A DNA stretch of 44,740 nucleotides from the NCBI RefSeq assembly GCF_001194135.2, contig NC_068989.1:79027364-79072103 (forward strand), given 5' to 3'. This document shows positions 1-12,829 of the stretch, piece after piece. Below the pieces are notes generated by a model. It was not told the DNA's origin. It searched no databases and saw nothing but the letters and a program-made list of their open reading frames with translations. Numbering within the stretch: position 1 is the first letter of the stretch; each line of letters starts with the position of its first letter. A program made the position numbers and the translations under genes. Origin of the DNA: Octopus bimaculoides (taxonomy: Eukaryota).

Positions 1-478
1 GCATGTGAAAGTTATTGTCGAAATATATGAAAGTAATTAAGCTTGGATAATTGAAGAATATCAAAGGTGAATTATAAAACCTAATTGCGGATAATTCAAA
101 CGATTGTTACGCCGATAAGTATCAATTAAAAAAAAAAAAGCAAGATAGCTTAGGTGAAAGCAAAGATTATTATTGTTCGTACACTAAACATGCTGCAAGT
201 TCAAGTTAAAAAATATATATATAACGTTAATTTGTGGATTAATATGAAATTCATACATGTGCAACATAAGCACGATGCCGTACTACTTACTGACAATATA
301 CTAATCTCATGTAAAACATCGTCTGCTACGCGATATAGATTTGAACTTAGTGCTTGGCTCTTGTCTAGTTTGGTTTGATAAAGGCGATGCATGAAACTGT
401 AGGGCTTCGAGTCATTTATGCAGTATTACAGTTTAGAAAAGAAATTGATATGCTCTGTACGCTCTACTTTGCATATCC

Positions 479-1845
479 CACAATGCATTTGCAGTGCCAG
501 TGCTGATCCCAACATTTGGGATATTTGATTGATCTGTAGAGGAAATCCACTCCATAAATATCAAAACCTGCAAAATCCCGACAACAACTGGGAACTTCCA
601 CAGAAACAGTGATGTTGACAGGCTCTACCTAAGAAGAACTGAAAGTGGTAGTGGCCTGAAATCAGTGCAGACGGCCTTCGAATGCCAATGCCGTATGATA
701 TCACTCAGGAAGCACCTGCTAAACAACAGCAGTAAAAATAAATATATAAATGCAGTGCTGAAAAGTGAAGTGAGCAACGTTGTATGAGTTGGCAGTGAGC
801 TCCTCAAGAAACACTTTTTTCCTGATGATCTCCTATACAGCCCCAAAACAGCTGGGCTCTCTTACCTCGGAAAAGACCTGGATGGAAAGCACTCAGCATA
901 CAAAAAAATAAAGACCATACATGGGTATGTTGCCCGAAAGCTTGAAGACAGTAGAACTGATACGAAATGCAGCCTCTCTTGGACACAAGGGCACTGCATC
1001 ACACCACACTTTGAGGGCTATGCGTTCACAATCCAGGAAGAGAAGATTGCCACAAAGTACCAGGTGAACAAGAGAAACGATGACGATCTTGCAATCCCAA
1101 GGTGCAACCGCATGTGTAGGCTATGTCATCTTTTTGTGGAACACATTACGCATGTGATTAGCAGCTGTCCTAAAATGTCATCACGGTACTACCTCCCTAT
1201 GCGGCACGATGTTGTTGCTAAAGCAATTTACAATGCCATCCGCAAAAATGATTGTCCTGAAATTAACTTAGAAAATCCCTCTGTTATGGAATACATTCAT
1301 AAACACCAACTCAAGGAATATTGGTGGAATATTCCTTTAAAAACTTCTGTCAAATGTAGACATAACAGGCTTGATATTGTTGTTTGGGACAGAGGGGTAA
1401 AGATATGTACCATCATAGAAGTCATCTGCCTTGCAGATATAAATGTCTCTTTCAAAATCAAAGATAAAGAGGATATCTACGGACAAATGCTTCGAAATAT
1501 CCAGCTTTTGAATCCAGACTATTAATTCATATTCATGCTAAAAATAATTGGAGTTCTAGGTTTTGTTAGTAAATGCTTAAAGGTGAATCTGGATAAACTG
1601 AGATTTTTGGAAAGAGAAATCGACCGGCTGATTCGTACATTACAAGTGTAATCTGTGAGTGGAACAGTAAAAATACGCAAGTCTTTTCTCAAGTTCCAAA
1701 TGTGAATTTGTCTGTATTAACTACATCCCAAAGATGGAACCTTGTATCTATTTTGGGTTCTGTCTCGTCAACAACATACACCACTTGGGATGCATTCCAC
1801 CCCCACCCCCGCTTTGCACGCTGTCTTAATATGTCATAATAATAG
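479..1845 (+). mobile_element. 5'-truncated, decayed R4/Dong-clade non-LTR retrotransposon (RT thumb, CCHC knuckle, RLE, 3' UTR)
   Basis: Reads HNAFAVPVLIPTFG...SDVDRLYL from 479. ORF 1064-1525 has CRLC..EHITHVISSC (CCHC), RHD and HNRLDIVVWDR..IIEV (decayed PD-(D/E)xK RLE). Stop at 1703-1705, short TAATAATA end. Frameshifted. Confidence 0.9.
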
Positions 1846-2359
1846 TAAGTATTATTTCATTAATATTATTTTCATTGTAGAATAACTGCCATAAGGCAAT
1901 TTATATTAATTTATAGTCAAAAGTCAAGCAAGATAGTTAGATGTTGCATATTTGGACATCTCTGTTAATAAAGATATAAGCGCACCAATATTAAATACAT
2001 ATTTTAGACATACACAATATTTGACTACGGCCATTTAATCAGTGACATCCTTGGAAAAGAATCAGTGAAGCTGGCCTCATGTTTGTTTGGTACCTGTGGA
2101 GAGAAAAGTACCTTAAATGGTAATTTTAGCAGGATTTGCTTTCCATAGCTCATTCTTTCTTGTCGGTATATATTTTATATCTATATTTTACATGATTTGA
2201 ATATTGAAGCAATAACCATAGCATAGTTTTATAGATGGTCTCACTATCCATAAGTGGAAAAGACAATAAAAGTAATGTTTGGAGATGACCAAAAGAGAAC
2301 ACTCAGTTGCAAATTGATCACCCCCAACCAGGGGCTAAAAGTCACCAGTAAGGAACTCC

Positions 2360-3015
2360 AACGTTAGAGGAGAGAAGCCGAAAGAAACACAATAAAAGAG
2401 CCAAGCAGCAGTGTACAGGCAGAGACAGCAGAAGAGACGCAGTAAATATCATAGAAGCTCGTTCGTGAGAAGACATAGAATCTTCCTGAAGAAAAATCTG
2501 GTGCGAAGAGATGGAGTTTAGTTGAGATGTTCAGTGGCTGGAAGAAATTCAGATTAATTATTGTGCCTGCATTATACCCAGTGGTAACATTGCAACTATA
2601 ATTCAAAATCTTCAGGATGAAAAAACACCCGAAAGAGACTTGATTGTTGGATACTGGTAAAAGAGGTTAGCCTTCTGCCGACCGATGAGATGATGTCGCA
2701 AGGAAAATCCTGCGATCAAAGAGGTAAGAACCCACTGTGTGGTAGAGACAGTAAACACTCGTAATATGAAAGAGTACTGATGAAATCGTCAATAAAGTGC
2801 AAGCATAATAGGCAAGACCTAGTGACTTGGGAGAGAGAATAGAAACTATGTTCAGTGGTGAAAAATCAGTTGCCCGGTGGATGTCAACCTAAAATTAAAG
2901 ACCAGCGGAAAGGGAGACACCTACGCTGTCCTACTGAGAGATTAACAGCCACACTATACGGACTACAAGATCAGATTTATACCCATAGTTATTGCGGTAC
3001 TTGGATATGTAACGA
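2360..3015 (+). mobile_element. Internally deleted R4/Dong remnant
   Basis: About 2600-2680 reads NLQDEKTPERDLIVGYW*KRL (pre-RT KAPGxDxIxGYW-like motif). About 2875-3015 reads PVDVNLKLK..DTYAVLLRD*..YTDYKIRFIPIVIAVLGYVT, matching the RLE C-terminus of the copy at 23047-23289. Confidence 0.7.
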
Positions 3016-3039
3016 TTTTTGGGTGTGTAGTGAGGGTAG

Positions 3040-3345
3040 AGTCCTCAGTCATTAGACTTCCAACTGAGGTTACCCAACCACCTCGTTCTTGATCTATCCC
3101 TAGGTTTCCTGCAGGTTGGTCCGCCTTGAAGAAACCGTTTTGCGATCCTTGATACGACATTCTAATCATATGTCTGTAGTACCGGAGCTGTGACCTCCCA
3201 TTGCAGAGAAATAATGGCTCGACCCGGAACAACTCCCCGATGTCTAAGCTACGCACTCTGTCGAGTAACGTTACTCCAGCAATCCTTCGCAGGAACACCA
3301 TAGCAGCCGCTTGTATTCACAGTCGTACCCTTTTGATCATTACCC
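3040..3345 (-). mobile_element. RTE-clade (Expander/Rex3-like) LINE 3' fragment
   Basis: ORF 2963-3301 reads FLRRIAGVTLLDRVRSLDI..RVEPLFL..RSQLRYYRHMIRM, typical of the RTE post-RT region. Homologous to 28009-28368. Confidence 0.8.
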
Positions 3346-3739
3346 AACATTAATGACTATATTTAAGGATAGGCACAAAAACCAAATTGAAGATAACGAG
3401 TTTGGCTTTTTTCCCAGCTTCTCCAAGCGGTAAAATACCGTACTTGCTAAAAGTTAGAGTTTTACTTTCGAATTTGTCTGGTGAAGTGAGTAACATTAAA
3501 ATAGTACCAGAGATATACTAGTGTATCAGCTATTTCGACTTTGGACAAGATTGTTCTCTCCTTTACAAATATTTGGCTTCGAAGCATAGTAAGTAATCAA
3601 TAATATCTTGTTTCTGGTACTGCATTAGCAACAGGCATAAACAGCAATGAAAATAAACACGTTTTTCTTTGAAACGGAGGGGGGTGGGTGTAAATAATAT
3701 GTTCACAAAGATAAATTTAAAATAATATAAGAAGGGTAA

Positions 3740-4440
3740 AAATGGTGGCAGTGTTGGGGGTCGCGGTAACGGTGTTGTTGCCAGTGGGTGAGTAGTGATG
3801 CTGGAGGTTATGATGGTGGTGATGGTTGTGGTGGTTAGTGGTGGTGGTGGTGGTGGTGGTGGAGGGTAGGTTGCGTAGGTAAAGGCAGCGATNNNNNNNN
3901 NNNNNNNNNNNNNNNNNNNNNNNNNNNNNNNNNNNNNNNNNNNNNNNNNNNNNNNNNNNNNNNNNNNNNNNNNNNNNNNNNNNNNNNNNNNNNNNNNNNN
4001 NNNNNNNNNNNNNNNNNNNNNNNNNNNNNNNNNNNNNNNNNNNNNNNNNNNNNNNNNNNNNNNNNNNNNNNNNNNNNNNNNNNNNNNNNNNNNNNNNNNN
4101 NNNNNNNNNNNNNNNNNNNNNNNNNNNNNNNNNNNNNNNNNNNNNNNNNNNNNNNNNNNNNNNNNNNNNNNNNNNNNNNNNNNNNNNNNNNNNNNNNNNN
4201 NNNNNNNNNNNNNNNNNNNNNNNNNNNNNNNNNNNNNNNNNNNNNNNNNNNNNNNNNNNNNNNNNNNNNNNNNNNGGTGGAGATGACTGTGTTGGTAGTG
4301 ATCGTGGTGGGGAAATGTGGGTGTATTAGTGGCGAGGCAGCGAAGGTAGTGATGATGATGACAGTGGTGTTAGTACTAGTGGTGGTGGTGGTGGTGGTGG
4401 TGGAGGGTAGGTTGCGTAGGTAAAGGCAGCGATGGTAGTG
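3740..4440. repeat. (GGT)n-rich low-complexity tract spanning N gap 3893-4275
   Basis: GGT/GAT trinucleotide runs. The same ~55-nt unit (ggtggtggagggtaggttgcgtaggtaaaggcagcgat) occurs on both sides of the gap. Confidence 0.85.
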
Positions 4441-4594
4441 ACGAAAACAAGTTTTTTCGTTAATTGGCCACATGCAAGAAAAAGAAAAGGAAAAGAAAAG
4501 GAAAAAGAAGAAGAAAAGAAGGGTAAAGAAGATACATATCAGAGGTAGATGGTGCGAAGAACATCTCCATATGGAGAGAGTAGACAGAGAAAAA

Positions 4595-5345
<751 letters not shown>

Positions 5346-5371
5346 GTACATACATGCATGCATGCGTACAG

Positions 5372-5525
5372 AAAATGCAATTCCATCGCGTTGAGTGGCT
5401 TTGAAATTAGGATCATGGCTGGAAGAAATGCCAAAAACTGCGTGACTTTTGTATATTACGGTTCTTACGAGAATATGGACGCGGTCAAGATGCATTTCGC
5501 ATCTATCGCCAATGTCTTTGACATT
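5372..5525 (+). CDS. Candidate internal exon, unknown product
   Basis: cag|A acceptor (weak) and ATT|GTAAGG donor. One open frame: KCNSIALSGFEIRIMAGRNAKNCVTFVYYGSYENMDAVKMHFASIANVFDI. Non-repetitive island between microsatellites; no homolog recognised. Confidence 0.25.
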
Positions 5526-5604
5526 GTAAGGTCAACCATCAGAAAGAAGGAGGTGGAGGTTTTTAGGAGGAATACGAAGAGAAAGAAGAGTGGTNNNNNN
5601 NNNN

Positions 5605-5653
<49 letters not shown>

Positions 5654-5854
5654 CAGGGACGTGGATACAAAAGCTGAAGGACAAAAGGAAAAAAATGAAC
5701 AAAGCGGGAGAAGGAAATTGGAAATCAAGGAAGAAGAATAGAAAAAAGAAAGAAAAAGAAACAGAGAATACATACATGCATACATACATATATATATATA
5801 TACATACATACATATATATATGTATATATATGTATATATATATGTATATATATG

Positions 5855-5885
<31 letters not shown>

Positions 5886-6080
5886 GTATGTATATATATG
5901 TATATGTATGTATGTGTGTATATATATATGTATGTATATATGTGTGTGTATGTATATATGTATATATATATCTATATACATATATATACATATATATATA
6001 CATATATATATATATATGTACATATATATACATTTATATACATATGTATATATATATATACATATATATGTGTATATATA
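5605..6080. repeat. (AGT)n and (TA)/(TATG)-rich microsatellites next to N gap 6081-6515
   Basis: Direct inspection. Confidence 0.95.
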
Positions 6081-6990
6081 NNNNNNNNNNNNNNNNNNNN
6101 NNNNNNNNNNNNNNNNNNNNNNNNNNNNNNNNNNNNNNNNNNNNNNNNNNNNNNNNNNNNNNNNNNNNNNNNNNNNNNNNNNNNNNNNNNNNNNNNNNNN
6201 NNNNNNNNNNNNNNNNNNNNNNNNNNNNNNNNNNNNNNNNNNNNNNNNNNNNNNNNNNNNNNNNNNNNNNNNNNNNNNNNNNNNNNNNNNNNNNNNNNNN
6301 NNNNNNNNNNNNNNNNNNNNNNNNNNNNNNNNNNNNNNNNNNNNNNNNNNNNNNNNNNNNNNNNNNNNNNNNNNNNNNNNNNNNNNNNNNNNNNNNNNNN
6401 NNNNNNNNNNNNNNNNNNNNNNNNNNNNNNNNNNNNNNNNNNNNNNNNNNNNNNNNNNNNNNNNNNNNNNNNNNNNNNNNNNNNNNNNNNNNNNNNNNNN
6501 NNNNNNNNNNNNNNNATACAAATATACCAAAAAAGTGGAAGAAAATAGAATAGGAAGAAAAGGAAGAAAAAAACAAATAATAATAATAATGAAATACGGA
6601 AAGAGGAAAAGAAGAAGAACGGTGAGAGGAAAACAAAGAAGAAAAAGAAGAATGTGTGAAGCTAAGACCAAAGATGGAAGGTGCCGAAGTAGGAAAGACA
6701 TCAGGAATGAATGAAGAGACATCGAAAGGTGAAGTAGAACGAAAGATGGAAAGAGGAAAGAGTAGAAGTGCTGACATGTAATAAACAGCCAAAATAAACG
6801 ACTGCAGCACTGACGAAACCACTACGAAAACCCTCCATGTGTTAGTTCGGCCTGTTAGAAATAGCAACCAAATCTTTCTCTTAATGTATCAAGTGGAATG
6901 TCTTAAATAACGGACATATTGGATTATGTAGGTATGTGTGTGTGTGTGTGTGTGTTTGTGTAAATGTTTTCTTTTATTATTTTTTTTTTT

Positions 6991-7369
6991 ACACTTGTTT
7001 CAGACATTAGACTGCGACCATGCTGGGGTTGCGCCTTTAAGAATTTCAGTCCAGCACTCAATTTTTTAAAGCCTGGTACTTATTCTATCGGTCTCTTTAC
7101 GGGAACGCAAACACACCAAGACCGGCTCTCAAGCGGTGGTGGGAGACGATTATTATATAATATAATATAATATAATATATATTAACATATAATATATGTT
7201 AAAATACATACGACGGGCCTCTTTCAGTTTTCTTCTATCAAATACACTTATCAGGCTTTTGTTGGCTCGAGTCAATAGTAGAAGACATTTGCTCAAGGTG
7301 CCAAGCAGTGGGACTGAACCACTGCTTGGAACCCAGAGCCACGAGGTTGGGAAGCAAATTTCTTAACAC
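6991..7369 (-). mobile_element. tRNA-derived SINE family D (with (ATAAT)n expansion)
   Basis: Reverse complement has a tRNA-like head (gtggtaagaagcttgcttcccaacc..ggttcagtcccac) and the body gcaagtgtcttctactat..ggaaactgaaagaagcccgtcg shared with other copies in the window. Confidence 0.8.
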
Positions 7370-7484
7370 AATATTTTCCTTTTATTCCTTTTAAGGTATA
7401 CCTTGGAGATTTCGTGGAATGCATCGTCAGTGATGCTTCTGAGGTTTCCTCCTTGCTGCACCAGTAACTCCAAGCCTATATAAA

Positions 7485-7927
7485 CAGGGGTTGGACAAAA
7501 TAATTGAAACACCTAGCATCATAGCATCATAATTTTGAAATATCTATAAAACCATCAAAAGCTTGTTTATTTTCATGTTTTTTTTTATTTATTTATTATT
7601 ACTGTTGCTTGATATGTTTTGCTAAAATTTCGGTTTCTTTTGAGATAACATCAGAAAAAGGTAATTAAAATTCATTGAAATGACAGATCTATTGGATTTT
7701 CAAAGAGGTCAGATTGTTGGTGCTCGTATGACAGGCGCTAGCGTAACGAAAACAGCCGAGTTGTTTGGTGCATCAAGAAGTACTGTCTCGAAAGTAATGA
7801 CAGCCTTTGAGAAAGAAGGAAAAACCTCCTCGTCGAAACAAAACTCCGGAAGAAAACCAAAACTTTCAGATAGGGACTGTCGGACACTTACGCGAATTGT
7901 TAGAAAGAATCACAAAAGTACAGCTCT
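7485..7927 (+). mobile_element. Tc1-family DNA transposon, left end only (TIR plus N-terminal HTH)
   Basis: TIR CAGGGGTTGGACAAAATAATTGAAACACCT at 7485-7514. ORF 7680-7943 MTDLLDFQRGQIVGAR..SGRKPKLSDRD is a Tc1 paired-like DNA-binding domain. No DDE domain and no right TIR. Confidence 0.9.
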
Positions 7928-9275
7928 GGTAGAGGGACAATGAATATGATTTTCACCGCAAGACAGATGCAGGAGAAGTGCTATGAGCAGAATATGGATC
8001 TTGTTCAAGCATTCATTGATTTAACGAAGGCCTTTGATACTGTGAATAAGGTTCTGCTGTGGAAAATACTTGGCAAACTTGGATGTCGGATCACTTTGTA
8101 TCTATAATTAAATCCTTTCATGATGGGATAGAGGCTTGGGTCAATGTTGGTGGTGGCGTGGCAGGACCCATTCCTGTAAAGAATGGCGTCAAGCAGGGTG
8201 ATATCCTTGCCCCAACCTTCTTTTCTTTGTACTTTTCTGCTGCTTTTACTCATGCTTTTGTTAAGGTTAGCTCTCTCGGAATATATGTCAGGTATCGATC
8301 TTCTGGCCGCCTCTTTAATCCGCGCCGATTTGCTGCCAATTCGAAAGTTTTCAAGTCTCTTATTCGTGACCTTCGGTATGCAGATGACTGTGACTTAGTC
8401 ACTCATACAGTGGATGGCATGCAAATACTCATGAATTGCATTTCTGCTTCTTGCAAGGCATTTGGACTTAGCATTAGCCTGGACAAGACTGTTGTAATGT
8501 TCCAGCCTGCACCAAGAAATCCATATGTGGAGTCAGGTATCTTGGTTGAAGGAACAATTCTGAAAGCGGTAGACAAGTTTGTCGACCTGGGCAGCACACT
8601 CAGCCGTTCATGCTCCCTGGATGATGAAATATCTTTTCTGGCTGCAGAGAGCAACTGATTCCTTTCGGTCTCTTCAATCTCGTGTCTGGTCCCAGCATGG
8701 CATCACAAAGAAAACAAAAATTTCTGTGTACAGTGCATGTGTACTGACATCGCTCCTTTACTAATGTTAGACATGGGCCCTTTACAAACGTCATGTAAGG
8801 GTCCTTGAATGCTTTCATCAGAGATGTCTCAGACACATTCTGAAGATCGGCTGAAACTTCTCCAGACACACAGATCCTGAGAACAGCTGATATCTTGAGT
8901 ATTGAGGCGATGGTGCACAAGCACCGGTTACGTTTGACAGGACACCTTATAAAAATGAAAGATAGCAGGATCTCTAAGGGTAACTTGTGAATGGAAAGAG
9001 ACCCGGCAGAAACTAAGGCTGCGATTTTAGGACTGTGTCAAGTCCTCATTAAAGGACTGTGATATGCAGGAGACTGACTGGAAGAGCAATGCCTATCATC
9101 GCCAGAGATGGAGGAAGCAGGTTAAGGTGGGGGGCTCAACAACTTTGAGAGAGCATGTATTCTGCATAAAGAACTTAAGCGTGCTGCTCGAAAGCGCACT
9201 GCAGGTGTAGTGAATGGGGAAAGGAAGGAAATGTTCTCTATGTGGCCTGTGTGTTTTCTGTGCTCTGTTTATGTT
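7928..9275 (+). mobile_element. 5'-truncated RTE-clade (BovB-like) LINE: RT domain to C-terminal Cys motif
   Basis: GRGTMNMIFTARQMQEKC..FIDLTKAFDTVN, then ORF 8059-8658 with GVKQGDILAPTFF and LRYADDC (RT motifs), and a CSLCG motif near 9233. Several frameshifts and stops. Confidence 0.95.
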
Positions 9276-9397
9276 CTGTTTCTCATTTTGTCCACGTTTT
9301 TTTGTGACGTCCTGTACCCAGTTATGCATCTATATATACATGTAGATGTCGGTATGTACATACATGTACGTATATATGCATATACTCACATATTATT

Positions 9398-9440
<43 letters not shown>

Positions 9441-9596
9441 GAGATGGGCTTCCACACTTTCCGTCTACCAAATTCACTTCCAAGGCACTAGTCGTCCCGG
9501 AGCTATTGTAGAAGTCCTTGCCCAAAGTGCCGCGCAGGAGGACCGAACTCGGAATCACGTGGTTTTGAAACGAACTTCTTAACCACACACCGGTGC
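9441..9596 (-). mobile_element. SINE family D, 5' part
   Basis: Matches family D head and body, followed by (TA)n. Confidence 0.75.
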
Positions 9597-9905
9597 CCGC
9601 AATGACTGTATATCATTCATAAAACAGGGAAACTGTATTAACATTTACTGACGTGTAGAGTGAGTTTGTGGGTTAGTCTTGGGTAAGACATTAAACTACA
9701 TCCAACGGTGAGGCTCTAGCATGGGAGTTGTGTGAAGTGTGGAATCAATCCTTAATTATCATTACTCCCAGAGTCATTCTGATCCGGAACGGTGCTACTC
9801 GTCGTCAAGGTCCCATCTATGAGTTAACTAAGTTTTTGTAAGGATAAATTGAGCTCCTTAGCAGCGGTGAAAGCAATCAATTTAAATGAAGAAAATTCCA
9901 AAATT

Positions 9906-10100
9906 AATAATTTCTTCTACAGGCACAAGGCCTGAAATTTTGGAGGAGGGAGATAATCGATTACATCGATCCCAGTGTTCCACTGGCACTTAATTTATCG
10001 ACCCCGAAAGGATGAAAAGCAAAGTCGAACACGGCAGAATTTGAACTCAAACCATGAAGATGGACGAAATACCGCTAAGCATTTCTTCCGGTGTGCTAAC
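9906..10100 (-). mobile_element. SINE family B
   Basis: Reverse complement has gttagcac..gagttcaaattc (B-box), then gactttgcttttcatcctttcggggtcgataaattaagtgccagt and an (ATT)n-type tail. Confidence 0.85.
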
Positions 10101-10122
10101 AAAAATTAATAATCTCTTCCAG

Positions 10123-10239
10123 CATGCCCTCAGCCACTACCGAAGAGTATGGCTGATGAAACTAACAGGAGTTATGTCCAATGACATAGATTCATACAAT
10201 GGAGGCAACTATCTCATGTTAGTGCGTATTCTGCTGCAG
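10123..10239 (+). CDS. Candidate internal exon (phase 0-0), unknown product
   Basis: aatctcttccag| acceptor and CAG|GTAGAG donor. 117 nt, one open frame: HALSHYRRVWLMKLTGVMSNDIDSYNGGNYLMLVRILLQ. Not recognised. Confidence 0.25.
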
Positions 10240-11705
10240 GTAGAGATAACGAGAAATAAGAGGAAGCTAGAAGACATATATTTATTAACGAAGTGCATTG
10301 AAGTGTTGAGACAGACGTAGTGTTAAATAACATCTTATATCAGTTTAATAGTTCAACTGAAGCGCAACAGTTGCAGTAGAAATTTTCAATGAATCACAAC
10401 AAATGAGAACATGGTATATTAGAATAAATGGCGACATTTCGTAGTGTAATTATGAAGTAATAATGTAGCATGACTGTGTCTTATTATGAACATATGTGTC
10501 TGGTAACATTATGTGAGTAAATGTGAAAATATCTTTTTTGTTACATTGTATATGTTTACGCGACAGACACTGTATAACGCTATGTGTCTTTGAGAACGTT
10601 CATAAGAAATGTTTGCTACTTTATTTTATCGTTCGTTTACTTACTTTTTAATGACCAACGAAACAATTTTCAGGTTAATGTCTTGGAAATGTAAGTTGAT
10701 ATAAGTTAATAGATTGTTCGTTAGGGAAAACTCTATTATATTACTAATGTATCTTCGCTTATCTCATATACATGTTGCTTCCTGTTTTGTCTTCGCTGCG
10801 AGCTATTCTTGGTTGTAGCGGCCGCGGCTTCGTAGCAAAGGAGGTGATGGCGGCTCTTCTCGGTGTAGCATTTTTCTATCGTCTCGCCTAATGTCTATCT
10901 CGACTACTTGACATGAACTGAAGGAACTAACCCTGTCTCTCTTTTTACAATGATAACCACACCAAAAAAAGCAATTTATATAATAAGCAAAGACCAGATA
11001 GACACCGTTGATTGGCCGAATTAGACTAACAATATTTTTTTGTCGTGGTAGTTAAATAACAAACTACAAAGAACATATACTTTCATTTTTCTATGGAAAT
11101 TTAGCAAACCCTCTAAATTATTCTGAGAATCTTAGTCAGTGAGCCTCAAGTTCTGATTTCGAAACTGGCCAGAATTCCTGTTACATTACAATGTGTCATT
11201 ACAAGGAGTGTCCCTACATTGTGCCGTCTTAAGGCATGAGCAAACTGGCTAGTCTTGGAACCCAATTCTGACCTATGTATGTTGTAGCTTGCTGTCATTA
11301 AATACGATAGGGCCCAGCGCATTAATTTACCCGGGAGCCTATAATGCTGCTTAGATGATCCAACTCTTAACCCAGGATATTTAAAATCATAGGTCAAAAA
11401 CATGGAAAAGATTGATGTTTAGTAAGAGCATTGTAAGCATCTTATGTCCCAGGAGAATCAGAATACAGATGTATATAGAATGCGTGACGGACTGATATAT
11501 GATATGTATAACTGAGAAGAATCACTATATTGTGTGTGCATACTCTTGAGTTGATGCAGTCATCAAGTTGCATATATAAGTAAGCCAATGTTTTAGTGAG
11601 AATGAATATAGATTAGTAGAAAGCCATTTGAGTTTTTCACACTCTTTTTAATGAAAGTGACTGAGTAAAAATCTGATATTCTTAACTTATAGTAAAATAT
11701 GAATA

Positions 11706-12112
11706 CCGTAAATCCTTGAGTATAATACGCAGGGGATTTTTAGGGGGCTGTACCTCTGAAAAACCTAAACCTTGTGTATAATACGCGCCCATTCTCTAAC
11801 TTGAGTCAAGGAAGTCTATATAACGTCCTTGGTTTGTAAACGTATATACAGTAAAGTCCTTTATTATTATTGTACATATAACATAATGCAAACGTGTAGC
11901 TTTTTGTGCACTTTGTTTGCAGAAAATAAAGAAATAACAGTAATAACGTCAGTGAAAAATAAATATTAAGTAAATTGCCTTTACATATTTATCACTTAGA
12001 AAATTTTGCTTAGAAAATATTTTTCATTTCTAACCTCGTATACAGTACGCACTAGAAATTTTGACCTTTAACTTTTGGGGAAAATGTGCGGATTATACTC
12101 GAGGATTTACGG
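11706..12112. mobile_element. MITE of the Tc1/mariner-pogo superfamily (407 bp)
   Basis: 26-bp TIRs CCGTAAATCCT(T/C)GAGTATAAT(A/C)CGCA (24/26 identical). TA at 11704-11705 and 12113-12114. No coding capacity. Confidence 0.9.
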
Positions 12113-12382
12113 TACTTCTAGCGTTATGTGATGTTACTGAGTGTCTGTAAACAAAATGAGAAGCCAAGTAAACCTGGCAACATGCTTGTGTATGGTTGAT
12201 AACTGCTGAGCAAAGATGGCGGGCTGTGTTAGCAGCTTTCATAAGATAAGCATTTAGCGAATGAAGAGCAAAAGCTGCAAAACTTTTACATTTAGTACGT
12301 GATATATCCGAGATCTCAAAGAAAGGAGGACAATGCTATTTTTACTGTTATTTGGTTAGCATATGATAGAGTCGATGTTAAT

Positions 12383-12829
12383 TGTTGTTGTAGTTGGCAC
12401 TCCGTCGCTTACGACGTCGAGGGTTCCAGTTGATCCGATCAACGGAACAGCCTGCTCGTGAAATTAACGTGCAAGTGGCTGAGCACTCCACAGACACGTG
12501 TACCCTTAACGTAGTTCTCGGGAAGATTCAGCNNNNNNNNNNCTCCACAGACACGTGTACCCTTAACGTAGTTCTCGGGAAGATTCAGCGTGACACAGTG
12601 TGACAAGGCTGACCCTTTGAATTACAGGCACAACAGAAACAGGAAGTAAGAGTGAGAGAAAGTTGTGGTTGAAGAGTACAGCAGGGTTCGCCATTACCCC
12701 TGCCGGAGCCTCGTGGAGCTTTAGGTGTTTTCGCTCAATAAGCACTCACAACGCCCGGTCTGGGAAGCGAAACCGCGATCCTATGACCGGGAGTCCGCTG
12801 CCCTAACCACTGGGCCATTGCGCCTCCAC
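12383..12829 (-). mobile_element. SINE family A, full length, (CAA)n tail, 13-bp TSD
   Basis: tRNA-like head GTGGAGGCGCAATGGCCCAGTGGTTAGGGCAGCGGACTC on the minus strand. TSD AGTCGATGTTAAT at 12370-12382 and 12830-12842. Small internal gap with an artefactual duplication. Confidence 0.9.

Noticed and set aside
9276-9316. Possible right TIR of the Tc1 (tgtttctcattttgtccac..cctgta)
   Set aside because: Only patchy similarity to the expected AGGTGTTTCAATTATTTTGTCCAACCCCTG, and no transposase 3' sequence precedes it.
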